A DNA stretch of 64,000 nucleotides from NCBI GenBank assembly GCA_006226565.1, contig SBGO01000334.1, forward strand, positions 359-64,358, given 5' to 3'. Both the position numbers and the translations under genes were made by a program. A model generated the notes under the pieces. That model searched no databases. It saw nothing but the letters and a program-made list of their open reading frames with translations, and was not told the origin of the DNA. Below, piece after piece: positions 10,151 through 24,595 of the stretch. Numbering within the stretch: the stretch's first letter is position 1; the number at the start of each line of letters is the position of its first letter. Source of the stretch: Deltaproteobacteria bacterium (GTDB lineage: Bacteria > Myxococcota_A > UBA9042 > PHBI01).

Positions 10151-10688
10151 TCGGTGGGTCCGGGTCCAAGGGGCAGCCTGGGCGCAGAAGATAGTGCCGG
10201 CGCTGCCGAGCGTAGTGGTGGTGGAGGCGTTCGTGCAACCGCGCGTGCGTCTCGACCGGGAGTCGGCGGACGCCTCCAACCGAGCCACGCCCTTGTTCTG
10301 GTTCACCGTCAAGCTGAGTTTTCAGGTGGATGACGAACGGCGCAGAACGCCACGTTCCGTCGCAGATCGAGTGGAGTCACGTGGAATCGTGGGGTCCGGC
10401 GCCTTCGACCAGCGCCGGCCCGCAGCACAAATCTATCCTGGGAGGGTCGGCGCGAGACCGCGGGGTAACTACTGACTGGTTGGTCCAGCTGTGGGGGGTA
10501 GAGCCCGTCGCCCTACGGCCGCGCGGACAATGCAGAGCGCACGGCATGAAGTGCGTCGTGTGCGTTCACGGAGAGGGCGCGCCGCGGTCCGGCAGGATGC
10601 GGCAGGACCGCGACGCAGACCGTCTACGGCGAGGAACCGTCCGACTCCGGAACCGCATCGGGCTCGGCCGAAACGGCGGTGAGGTGAG

Positions 10689-10760
10689 CCGGACCGCCAT
10701 CGGGCCGATCCGGACCGCCATCGGGCCGGTCCGGATCGCCATCGGGCCGATCCGGATCGC
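10689..10760. repeat. tandem direct repeat, 21-nt unit x 3.4 (CCGGACCGCCATCGGGCCGAT / ...GGT / CCGGATCGCCATCGGGCCGAT / CCGGATCGC)
   Basis: Read directly from the sequence. It lies 5 nt beyond the stop of gene 10765..11529 and about 540 nt upstream of the RM gene start codon. Confidence 0.9.
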
Positions 10761-10764
10761 AGGA

Positions 10765-11529
10765 TCAGGGCGTGGCGGCTTCGGCCGGCGCTTCACCCGA
10801 CGCGGCGGCGCGGCGCTTGCGGGTGAGGCGCTGGGTGCGCTCGTAGGCGCTGGTGAAGCGGCGGGCATCGGGGGTGTTGCGGAAGGCGTAGCGGCCGGCG
10901 TCGCGGATGTCCGTCATGGCGTCGTCCAGCGCCGTCCAGGCGCGGTCGCGGAGCGCCAGCGCGTTCGCCATCGCCGCGTCCGTCCGATACTCCGACAGCC
11001 CCGACCGGATGTCCTCGGCGAGCTTCCGGAGCTCCGCCACCGTCGCCGCCGCGTCGAAGGTCCGGTCCGAAGCGAACCCGGCGCGCTGCTGCTCCACCAG
11101 CTCGCCCAGGTCGACGAGGTCCTGCACCAGGTCCGCCACCCCCGTCCCCTCGACGATGCGGTCGAGCGCCCCCATCACCATGCGCGAGTCGCGCAGGTTC
11201 CAGCGCACCGCCGCCACCACGTTCGCCCGCAGCGCCGCCCCCGACTCCTCGAGCGCCTGCTGCTCCTCCGGCTTCCGCGGCGAACGCACCGCCGCCCACC
11301 GCGCCTGCGCCTCGCGCGCCGCCTCCAGCCGCTGCCGCGCCTGCGCCAGCCGCTCCGCCGGCAGCCCCACCGCCGTCAGCTTGGCCGCCGTTTCCGCCGG
11401 CTCGAGCCACACCAGCACGTCGAGCGCCTCCTGAAAGTAGATGTGGGCCGGGATGGTCGGCCGCCGGACCTCGGCCTGCGGGATGGACTCGAGCTCGGGA
11501 CGCAACGTATCGAGAACAGTCGAAGCCAC
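10765..11529 (-). CDS. hypothetical protein
   Basis: ORF 10765..11547. GTG at 11529 (MASTVLDTLRPELE...) is preceded by GGAGG with a 5-nt spacer. The product is alpha-helical, with no recognised motif. Confidence 0.5.
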   Translation of the reverse strand: MASTVLDTLRPELESIPQAEVRRPTIPAHIYFQEALDVLVWLEPAETAAKLTAVGLPAERLAQARQRLEAAREAQARWAAVRSPRKPEEQQALEESGAALRANVVAAVRWNLRDSRMVMGALDRIVEGTGVADLVQDLVDLGELVEQQRAGFASDRTFDAAATVAELRKLAEDIRSGLSEYRTDAAMANALALRDRAWTALDDAMTDIRDAGRYAFRNTPDARRFTSAYERTQRLTRKRRAAASGEAPAEAATP

Positions 11530-12041
11530 GGAAACCTCCGATAGCAAAGGGTTGAACGTCGACCGTGCGAAACCCGCCCGCCACGCGCAACCCGGCCCGC
11601 GACATCAAGCCGCACCCGACGCCGCGCCTGTGCGATGCCAGACGTCGGCACCGACGCGGCATCTCAACGCTGCAAGCCTCCCGGTGTGCCACGCGTTTCA
11701 GACATGGTTTCGGGATGCGTCAATTCTGGGTGCACCGCAGAATCCCGGCCGCAAATCGGCCGGCGGCGCTCGAATCGCCCCCGGGCCCGCCCGCAAGGAT
11801 CGACCTGGCCCGAGCGGGTCGATGACGGAGGTCGTGGCACGCCAAAGAATCGACAGAGCGTGTGCATTTGGGGTTGACGAGATTTTCGTGGGTGAGGTCA
11901 CGAGACCGGAGGTTGGCACTGAACGGGCGCGCAGAGGGCGCTGACCGGTGCTGTGGCGCGTTGATCCGGGAAAATCGTTTCGTTGCCTGGCTCGGAGGGC
12001 GAAAATGGGCTGACGGGGACGCCAGCGGGGTGCGAAAACCC

Positions 12042-14069
12042 ATGTGGTATAAGGGGCTTGTGAACAAGCGCACCCCGAGCAGGCTCGAACGCCACCCGAC
12101 CACGCTGCGCCCCCGCGCGTGGCTCGAGCGGGCGGACCGCGACCTCGTCGCCCTGTCCCGAGGCGCCGGCGCGGTCCGCCTGGCCCTGGGCGACGGACTC
12201 GCCGCGATGCGCGACGGTGCCCGCTACAAGCCGCTCGGCTTCTCCTCCCTCGGCGCCTACGCCTACGAGCGCCTCGGCCGCGGCAAGCGCTGGGCCGACG
12301 ACACCGCCCGCCTCGCGACCAAGCTGGCCGCGCTGCCCGCCGTCCGCGCCGGCCTCGCCAGCGGCGCGCTGTCGTGGAGCGTGGCCGACCTCCTCGCCCG
12401 CCACGCCACCCCCGACACCGAGGCCGACCTCGTCGCACAAGCACGCACGTCGACCTATCGCGCGATGCTGGAGGCGCTCGCCCGATGCGCCGCCGCCGGG
12501 GACGAGACCGCGAGCACGCCGGACGGCGCCGCGCCCCCAGCGGCCGACGAAGACGAGGACGATGAGCGCCGCCACCTCGCCATCACCGTCGACCAGCTCG
12601 ACGCCTGGGCCCTCGAACGCACCCGCGGCCTCGTCCGCGCCATGACCGGCTCGGGCTGCGACGACGCCCTGGTCGAGGCCCTGCTCGCCGAGGCCGTCAC
12701 CACCCTCCTGAACCGCCACCCCGACCTGCGCCTCCCGCGCGACCTCGACGATCCCGCCCACGCCTGGGCCCGCGAATGGCGCGCGCAGCTCGCCACCTGG
12801 CGGACCGAAGCCGAGCGCGACTGCGAGCCCCGCATCCCCGGGCACGGCGGCGAGGCCGACTACGCCCCCGACTTCCTCGAGCAGGTCGCCGCCGCCATCT
12901 GCGACGCGGTTCCGACGCCCCGCCCGACCGCCGTCCCCACCCAGCCCGAGGCCCTCGACGCCCGGCTCCGCGAGCTCGCGCACGACCTCGCCCGACGCGA
13001 CCTCGCGCTCGGCGAGCTGGCCCGAGACTTCTGGGACGCCGACGGCTGGCGGCGCCTCGGCTACGCGAGCGCCGGGCAGTACGTCCGCGAGCGCCTGGGC
13101 GTGTCGTTCTCGACCCTGAAGTCCCGCATGACCCTGGCCCGCCGCGTTCAGCGGTTGCCGGCCGTCGCGGCAACCCTCGACGCCGGCGCCGTCGGCCTCG
13201 AGTCCGCATCACTCGTCGCGCGGGTGGCCGCCCCGAAGACCGTCGACGCCTGGCTCGCCCGCGCCGCCGAGCGCACGACCAAGCACCTCCGCGAAGAGGT
13301 CGAGGCCGCCGAGTGCATCGCCCGCGTCGCCGGCACCCGCGCGCCCACGCCTCCCACCCCCGAGACGATGTCCGACTACCTCGACCTCGAGCGCGCCATG
13401 CTCGACGGCCGCGTCGCCGCGATCATCACCAACGGCGGCCAGATGTCTGGGGACGACCCGAGCCAGATGTCCGGGGACGACGCGAGCCAGATGTCCGGGG
13501 ACCCGAGCCAGATGTCCGGAGACCCGAGCCAGATGTCCGGGGACGAGGCGTCCGCGAAGCTGCGGCCCGGGGCCGGGCGGGTGAGCGTCCGCTTTCACCT
13601 CCGCGCGGACCTCGCGCGGCTCTGGCGCGTGGTCGAGGCGATGTTCCGCCGCTCGGCCGAGCCCGGGCCCTTCGTCGCGTTCCTCGTGCGGACGTTCTGG
13701 CACACCTGGCTGAAGCCCGACCCGACCGCAGACCGCGTCGCCTACCAGCACATCTACGAGCGCGAGCGCCACCGCTGCGCATCACCCGTCTGCGACAACC
13801 GCGACCTCACGCCCCACCACCTGCTCTTCCGCAGCCACGGCGGCGGCGACGAGGACGAGAACGTCCTCGGGCTCTGCGTGGCCTGCCACCTCGAGCTCGT
13901 CCACTCCTACCTGATCACCGCCACGCCCCCCGCCGACGACGTCCGCTGGGAACTCGGCCGCGACGCGCTCATCACCGTCCACGGCCGCCGCCGCGTGCGC
14001 CGCGTGACCGCGAGGGCGGCCGAGGCCGTGGTCACCGACACGCCTGGCGCTGAGCCGAGGGTCCCTTGA
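12042..14069 (+). CDS. DUF222-type HNH endonuclease family protein with an internal heptapeptide tandem repeat
   Basis: ORF 11862..14069. The C-terminal CASPVCDNRDLTPHHLLFRSHGGGDEDENVLGLCVACHLELVH is an HNH/zinc-finger nuclease signature. The long N-terminal region resembles DUF222 proteins. ATG at 12042 is codon 61 of the track ORF. Confidence 0.7.
   Translation: MWYKGLVNKRTPSRLERHPTTLRPRAWLERADRDLVALSRGAGAVRLALGDGLAAMRDGARYKPLGFSSLGAYAYERLGRGKRWADDTARLATKLAALPAVRAGLASGALSWSVADLLARHATPDTEADLVAQARTSTYRAMLEALARCAAAGDETASTPDGAAPPAADEDEDDERRHLAITVDQLDAWALERTRGLVRAMTGSGCDDALVEALLAEAVTTLLNRHPDLRLPRDLDDPAHAWAREWRAQLATWRTEAERDCEPRIPGHGGEADYAPDFLEQVAAAICDAVPTPRPTAVPTQPEALDARLRELAHDLARRDLALGELARDFWDADGWRRLGYASAGQYVRERLGVSFSTLKSRMTLARRVQRLPAVAATLDAGAVGLESASLVARVAAPKTVDAWLARAAERTTKHLREEVEAAECIARVAGTRAPTPPTPETMSDYLDLERAMLDGRVAAIITNGGQMSGDDPSQMSGDDASQMSGDPSQMSGDPSQMSGDEASAKLRPGAGRVSVRFHLRADLARLWRVVEAMFRRSAEPGPFVAFLVRTFWHTWLKPDPTADRVAYQHIYERERHRCASPVCDNRDLTPHHLLFRSHGGGDEDENVLGLCVACHLELVHSYLITATPPADDVRWELGRDALITVHGRRRVRRVTARAAEAVVTDTPGAEPRVP
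13440..13550 (+). repeat. in-frame tandem repeat inside the HNH gene: 5 units of 24/24/21/21/21 nt (CAGATGTCCGGGGAC[GAC]CCGAGC) encoding QMSGDDPS-QMSGDDAS-QMSGDPS-QMSGDPS-QMSGDEA
   Basis: Read directly. Units alternate between 24 and 21 nt but all are multiples of 3, so the reading frame is preserved. Confidence 0.9.
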
Positions 14070-14151
14070 CGCCCATCGGGGGCACTGCGAACCTCGGGAT
14101 GAGGCGAATGCCGTCTCGAAGTCGTGTGGCCAAGCCTGGTGAGGCGGCACT

Positions 14152-14673
14152 GTGGAGGTTGGCGGGATGGGCGTTCAGGGAGAGACGGACTCGTTGGCTG
14201 GGGCGTTGGCCCGTTCGTTTGGTCATGAAGCCGTCGCGGTTGCCGAGGGGCAGGTGCAGGAGGCGCACACGAAGGGCCGGAAGTGGGTCTTCGAAAACGT
14301 GGGTGGGGCGGTCCGCGTCGAGTACGCTGGGGATGATCTGGCTTTCGTTGACGACGAAGAACTTGTGCTGAGGGTCGTGCTCGGATGTCGAGTCGTGGGG
14401 AACCAGCCGGTGCTCGATGAACCGGGCGAGACGCAGGATTGGGTTGAAGGCTCGATGTGGCCGACCTGGGAAGCCCGCGGCTACGCGATCGACGAATCAT
14501 GCTCGCCAGGGAATGGCTGGGATGCGGACGATGAGTGCTACCTGCTCAACGTCAAGAAGGTCGTCGGCGACTTCGGCGCGTTGGTGGCAGAACTCCGTTG
14601 GGCTGCGGCGCAGGAGGTATTCCAGTTCATCGAAGGACCTGCTCTTCCCAACATAAAGATGCTCGAGCGGTGA
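14152..14673 (+). CDS. hypothetical protein; lower-GC orphan ORF
   Basis: ORF 14152..14673 is about 58-62% GC by hand count on two 60-nt stretches, against about 70% in the flanks. Codon use is atypical (GTT, GAA, TTT). No motif was recognised. It lies between the HNH gene and recD. Confidence 0.4.
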   Translation: MEVGGMGVQGETDSLAGALARSFGHEAVAVAEGQVQEAHTKGRKWVFENVGGAVRVEYAGDDLAFVDDEELVLRVVLGCRVVGNQPVLDEPGETQDWVEGSMWPTWEARGYAIDESCSPGNGWDADDECYLLNVKKVVGDFGALVAELRWAAAQEVFQFIEGPALPNIKMLER

Positions 14674-14777
14674 CGGCAACGGCAAGGCCTCCGCGTCCGT
14701 GACCGGACACGCTGACGATACCAACGCCCTGGCCGGGCGCTGCGTCGCGGCTCTTGATTTGTAGCAAGCCGTCCGCG

Positions 14778-16864
14778 TCAACCCTCCCACAAGAGGGTGC
14801 CGAGGCCCGACGTGCGGGCGATGGGGCGCGCCAGGGAGGCCTCGAGCTCGGCGTCGGTGCCGACCCAGGTCAGGCGCTGGCTGGCGCGGGTCACGCCAGT
14901 GTAGACCAGCTCGCGGGTCTGGATGGGCGAGGGGCGGTCGGGGCGACCAGACAGGACCACCGCCACATGCTTGAACTGCGAGCCCTGCGACTTGTGAATC
15001 GTCATCGCCAGCGCGCCCATGTGCGGCGGCAGCCGCGACAGCGCGACCGCCCGCACGGCCTTCACGGCGCCCTCCATGACCGGGAAGACCGCCGTCAGCT
15101 TGCCGTCCGCGCCGGGGAGCACGAGCCCCACGTCGCCGTTGCGCAGATCGACGTCGTAGGCGTTCTGCGTCACCAGGATCGGCTCGCCGAGCCAGTGCCC
15201 CGACCGCGTCGGTAGCGGCTCCTTGTCCCCTTGGGGCCGCGGCTTCTGCTCGGCCGTCGCGCCCGACCGCGCGGACCGCTTGCGCTCGCGGTACGCCATC
15301 GTGAGCGCCTCCCGCACGCGCTTTCCGATCTCGCGCACGAGCCCCGAGACCCCGAGGGGACCGGCACGATGCGCGGCGAGGATGCGATAGCCGTCCAGCG
15401 CCTCCAGCAAGGCGCGCTGGTCGTGCTGAAGCGACGCGAAGCCACCGTCGCGCAGGCGCTGAGCGATCCGCCCCGCGTAGCCCCCCGGCGCGAGGTACGG
15501 CTTCACGAGCTCGTCCAGCAGCTCCTTCGACGGGCGGCCCTGCTTGGGCTCGGGCTCGAGCTTCTTGACCCGGTCCGGGACCGTCTCGCCCGGGACCTTC
15601 GGCCCATCGGGCATCATCCAGGCGACCGCGCGCTCGGGTGCCCGGTCCTGGATCGCCCGGGCCACCGCAGCCACCGTCGGCGCGTCCTTGAAGCGACGCG
15701 AGTGGCGGAACGCCGAGACCGCGCCCTCCAACGGGCCGCGCTTGTCCTCGAAGTGCCCGCTGACGATGTCCGACAACACCGTCCCCGCGTCCACGCTCGC
15801 CAGCTGGTCGCGGTCCCCGAGCAGCACCAGCCGCGCCCCGGGGCCGATCGCCTCCGTGAGCTTCCGCATCAGCACGAGGTCCAACATCGACGCCTCGTCC
15901 ACCACCACGACGTCGAGCGGCAACGGCTGGTCGGCGCCGTAGCGCGTCGTCCCATCGGGCCGGATGCGGAGCAGCCGATGCACCGTCGACGCGGGCAGCG
16001 ACTCCAGCTGCGCCCGCACCTCGCCGGCCGTGTCCACCCCCGCCAAATCCTCGGCCATGGCCTCGGTCATCCGCACCGCGGCCTTGCCGGTCGGCGCCGC
16101 CAACGCGACCTGCAGCGGCCGGTCCGGCGCCTCGGACTTCGCCGCCTCGATCAGCAACGCCAGGAGGCGCTTGATGCTGAACGTCTTGCCCGTCCCCGGG
16201 CCCCCCGTGACCACCGACAGCGACCGCGTCGCCGCCCGGCGCAGGGCGGCGCGGCTCAGTTCGACCGCCTCGCCCTCTTCGGTGTTCTCGCCCGCCTCGT
16301 GCGGCAAGAGCCGAGGGATCGCGCTCGCCATGAGCGCCTCGGGGACCGACGGCTCGGGCGCCGTCGTCGCCAGCCGCTTCAGCCCCTCGGCCAGCCGCTG
16401 CTGCTCCCACGCCATCCGCCGCGACATCACCAGCGTCTCGCCGCCGCGCAGCGCCTGCCTCGCGAACGGCCGTTTGGCGTCGTCGAGCTCGCCGACCATC
16501 GGAGATGCGCAGACGGCCGCCTCCCACGCGGTGACCGAGGCCGGCCAGGGCGGAGGCGTCGGCGGCGCCGCTTCGGGGGCGGAGTCGTCCGGCGAGGCGT
16601 CGTCGTCGTCCACGGCCGCGCGCGACGGCTCCAGCGGCGTCAGGAGGTCCCGGGCGAGCCGCAGGTCGAGCCCGACGTGCCCGCGCGCCTGCGCCTCGAC
16701 CGCCAGGGCCAGCCCGAGCAGCACCTCGGGGTCCTGCTCGCCGAAGCGCCGCGCGGCGGTGTCCACGATCGCCAAGGACCCCGCGCTAACGATCCGCTGC
16801 GCCACGAAGGGCGCCGCGAGCTCCGCCAGCCTGGGGGTCCTGAAGTAGAGCCTGGGCGTGTCGT

Positions 16865-16868
<4 letters not shown>
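14778..16868 (-). CDS. recD: exodeoxyribonuclease V alpha subunit, RecD (SF1 helicase)
   Basis: This is the C-terminal 696 codons of track ORF 14778..20255. It contains VVTGGPGTGKTF (Walker A), VVVDEASMLDL, and the C-terminal motif TIHKSQGSQF...YTGVTRA. The ATG at 16868 (MNDTPRLYF) overlaps the recB stop (ATGA). Confidence 0.9.
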
Positions 16869-20904
<4,036 letters not shown>

Positions 20905-20908
<4 letters not shown>

Positions 20909-23900
20909 TTCGTCTCCTCCGCCACGGGGAGCCAGTTGGCGAGCGTCTCGGCCTTGACCTTCGCTGACTCGAGCGGGCTCCAGACCCGGGTCGCCAGGTC
21001 GACCAGGCCGTCGGCGTCGGGCGCAAGTACGTCGTCGAGGTCGTACGTCGGGTCGTAGTTGGCGAACACCATCGCGATCCACCGGTCTTGGCTATCTCCG
21101 TAGACTCCGCGCGCTGGGTCTCCGAGCCACTTCTTCTGGACCGCATCAGCGAGCTTGTTTCGCAGCTCGTCGGCGCTCACCGCCGTGCCTTGCTTCTCCG
21201 CTGCCGCTGCAAACGACGCCAGCTTCTCACCGATGACGGCGGACGTCCCCGAGAAGAGCGGCAGCGGCTTCCGCCGGCCGAGCTGCCAGATGGCGATCAG
21301 GTTCTCCAGAAGCCTCAGCTCCTCGCCCGGCGTCGGCGGTCGAAGGAGCACCTCGTCCGCCTTGCCGCCAGAGGGCTTGCCCACGATGCGCGCGGCGACC
21401 ACCGGCCAGCCCGCAGCACGTGCGGCGAGGAGGGTGACCCACGCCGTGAGTTTCCGCTTCGCGCTCTCCACCCGAGACGCCGTGACCCACTCGAGGACCA
21501 GCTCGTCGCCGAGCTGGCGGATCCGCTCCGGGCGACCACGCAGCGTGAGCCCGGCGATCTGGAGCGAGATGGGCTCGCGCTCGACGGTCTCCCCGCGCCA
21601 GGCGTTGTAAGCGCCGCGAATCTGCCCGGCCTCGTCCGCGAGCTTCGTCGCGAGATGCTGACCGCCGGCTTCCAGCGGGAGGAAGCCGCGCCCGGCGAAC
21701 CGCCGTCCCACGATCTCCGCGGTCGCAGCTTCGTCCCGGCTGGTGAGGAGTCGCACCGCCTCGTCGCGGACCTGCCACTGGTGGAGCGAGGAGAGCTCGA
21801 TCGGCTCGCGGTCATCCAGCTGCGGTGCCCGGTCGGGCAGGAAGATGTCGAGCCGACGATACAAGAAGAGCTTGGCGGGATTCTCGAGGTCCCGCGCGAG
21901 GTCCTCGAGGGTGAGTTCGACCGGTGGGTTCTCCTCGGGCGGCAGCAGCTCTTTCCGGCTCGCGCTGAGCTCGCTCGGAGCGGGCGTCGCTTTGCCGCGC
22001 GCCAGAGCGCGAAGCGTCGTCGCGGCCGTCGCCAGGCTGGGGTCGAAGGTCGTCGTGCCCCCGTTGAAGGCCGCGGGGCTCCACGGCTGGAGCGGGTGTT
22101 TGACCGCGAGGTCGTCGACTTCGGTCCCCGTCAGCCGGCCGACCACGCCGAGCAGCTCCTCGATCGGCACACAGGCCGGCATCTCGGCGCCCTTCTTCTG
22201 GTCGAAGCCGCTCCACAGCACGACGAAGCGCTCGCTCGCGGCCATCAGCGACTCGAAGAGCGCCAGCCGGTCGGCGTCGCGCGGGTCGATCTCGCCGTCG
22301 CGTGGCGCGGCGAACGGGTCCCACGCGCGCGGGCGGGCGGCCCGGGGGAAGGCCGCGTCGTCCATCCCGAGCAGCGCTATCACCTTGTACGGCAGCGTCC
22401 GCCCCGGACGGAGCTCGCTGAGGGTCACCGCGCCCGTGATGACGCGGTCTCCCGACTGCGCCATGGCGAACCGTCCCCGCAAGAGGCGGGTCAGGGCGTC
22501 GAGGCTGACGGGGAGCCGGTCCCCGGCCGCGCCGAGCGCCTCGTCGAGCGCCGCCTCGAGCTGAGGCCGGAGCCACGCCTGGGTCGGCGGCAGCGCGGCG
22601 ACGTCGTCGAGGAGCGCCAGCAGCTCGGCATGCCACATCGGGCCGGTCCGGAGCTGCGCCGGGTCGGTGAAGCGCGCGCGGGCGTTCGTGACGGCGCGAA
22701 CGAGCGCGATGAGCGCCGCGATGCGTCGGCTGCGCTCGCGGCCGTCGACCGCGAGGGGGACGACCGGGGTGCGCGCCCCGTCGAGCCCCTCCTCGACGCC
22801 GTCTTCGGGCATCAGGACGCCGAACGCCAGCCGCTCGAGGCCGAACTCGATCGTGTTCTGCTCGAGCTCGGGCTGGCCGGCGCGCGCGCGATCCGCTGCG
22901 TCGAGCCCCCAGCGGAGGCCGGACTCGATGACCAGGGAGCGCAGGTCGGCCACGTCGTCGAGGTCGAGGCCGAAGCGCTCGCGCACCGGGGACGACTCGA
23001 GGAGTCGCACCAGGCGGGACGCGGTCACGCGCTCGCTGGCGAGCTCGAGCAGCGCGAGCAGGACCTCGGCGAGCGGGTTGGTGCTGGCGATCCCGAGGTC
23101 GGCGATGTGGACCGGGATGGCCGGGGCGCGGGTGGCCCAGTCGCCGTCCGTCTTCGCGGCCGCGCTGCGGTGGGCGAACGTCGCCGCGACGAGCGGGCCG
23201 TAGGTCGCGAGGTCGGGCGTCAGGATGAGCACGTCGCGGGGCTCGAGGTCCCGCTGCGTCGGGTCGGCAAACCAGCTGAGCAGCAGGTCGCGGAGCACCT
23301 CGACCTGCCGCAGTGGCCCGTAGGTCCGGTGGAAGGTGAGGCTCTCGTCCCTCGGCCATCCGGTGTCGCCAAGCGGCGCGTCGGCCCGAACCCAGCGCTG
23401 GAGGCGGGTGAGGAAGGTGCCGTCGGCCGCATCGGACCAGGGCTCGGCCGGGGGCGACGTGGGCAGCAGCCGTCGCACCGCTCGGTCGGCGCGAGCGAAG
23501 CTCCGGGCGATCGGGTTCACGAAGTCGCGGCCGTCGGCCGCTTGTGCGAACGCGGTGCGGTACACCGTGATCGGGACCCACTCGGACAGCGCGTCGAGGA
23601 CCTGCGCCTCGGTCGGGGACAGCGGCGGCAGGCCGAAGATGCGGAGCGGCGGTCCATCGACGGGGCGGCCTTCGCCGGCGAGGACCCGGGCCCGCAGCGA
23701 CGCCGGCGAGTCCGGCGCATCGAGGCCCAGACCGGCGCACAGGCGACGTAGCCAGGCAGGCGCTGAGTCGCGCTCCGTTGCGGGGTCCGAGGCGAAGGCC
23801 AGCGCGTCGTCGTGACGCTCACGCGCGAGGCGGTCGAGGACCGCCGCGATCTCGCCCGCGAGGGAGAGCTCGCGGTGGGTGGTCGCCAGCGGAACGACGC

Positions 23901-24291
23901 CCCCTTTATAGAGGTACGGCTTGACGTCGCCGAAGCCGTCCTCGTCTCGCGAGGCGCGGACGAGTTCGACGAGCCGCGCCCGTAGCCGGCCCACGGCCCA
24001 AGCGTCGTCGTCGCTGGCGCTCGCCCAGCAGTGGCGGCCACTTCCCGCCTGTGGCTTTGCGAGCACCGCGCGCAGCACCGCGTCGAAGGTGGCCCGCCAG
24101 GTGGGGAACTCGACGTTGGCGACGATGTCCAGGCGGGTGGCCAGCTCGTGGCGGAGCCAGCGCTCGACGGCGCGGTTGGCGACCACGATGGGGAGCGGCG
24201 CGAAGGGGTCGGGCCAGTCGGCGGCCAGGTCGTCCGCGAGGGCGGCGACGAGGTCGCGGTGGCTCGGGCTCGTGCGGATGTTGATCGTCAT
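20905..24291 (-). CDS. recC: exodeoxyribonuclease V gamma subunit, RecC
   Basis: ORF 20905..24396. The N-terminus MTINIRTSPSHRDLVAAL..PFAPLPIVVANRAVERWLRHELA follows the RecC N-terminal pattern. The product is about 1128 aa. Gene order recC-recB-recD is a canonical operon. ATG at 24291 is codon 36 of the track ORF. Confidence 0.85.
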
Positions 24292-24468
24292 CAGTGCTCG
24301 GGGGCTCGCGGCGAGGGAGGCACGCGGACGCATCGAAGCACACGCCGGCGCGACTGTCATGCCGCCCCGAGGTGTCCCGCGCGGGCGTCCCTCCATGGCC
24401 CCGACAGATACGCATGTTCAGTGCGTCGCACGCGACCTTCGGGTTCCTATTTGACACGTCTGCCTGGA

Positions 24469-24504
24469 CCGTCCGGCCGAAGCGGCGTCGGACGGCACTT
24501 TTTT
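24469..24504 (+). terminator. GC-rich stem-loop followed by a T6 run (intrinsic-terminator-like or attenuator-like), inside the recC / AAA-operon divergent intergenic region
   Basis: CCGTCCG(24469-75) ...loop GCCGAAGCGGCGT... CGGACGG(24489-95), then CAC, then TTTTTT (24499-24504). A perfect TTGACA lies at 24451-24456 just upstream. The hairpin ends about 90 nt before the AAA-operon ATG. Confidence 0.35.
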
Positions 24505-24558
24505 CACCCTTACTTTCTGCAACTTGCGCCGCCAGGGGCTCAGATCTGAGTCGCCGCG

Positions 24559-24573
24559 CGTAGTAGGGGGGCA
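24559..24573 (+). promoter_or_regulatory. conserved 15-nt motif CGTAGTAGGGGGGCA, copy 1, 22 nt upstream of the tandem-AAA gene start
   Basis: The identical 15-mer recurs at 29847-29861. Both copies are followed by a short spacer, a T-run, a Shine-Dalgarno sequence (GGAGGAGAG / GAGGTGGA) and a start codon. Confidence 0.4.
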
Positions 24574-24595
24574 AAACGAAGATTTTGGAGGAGAG

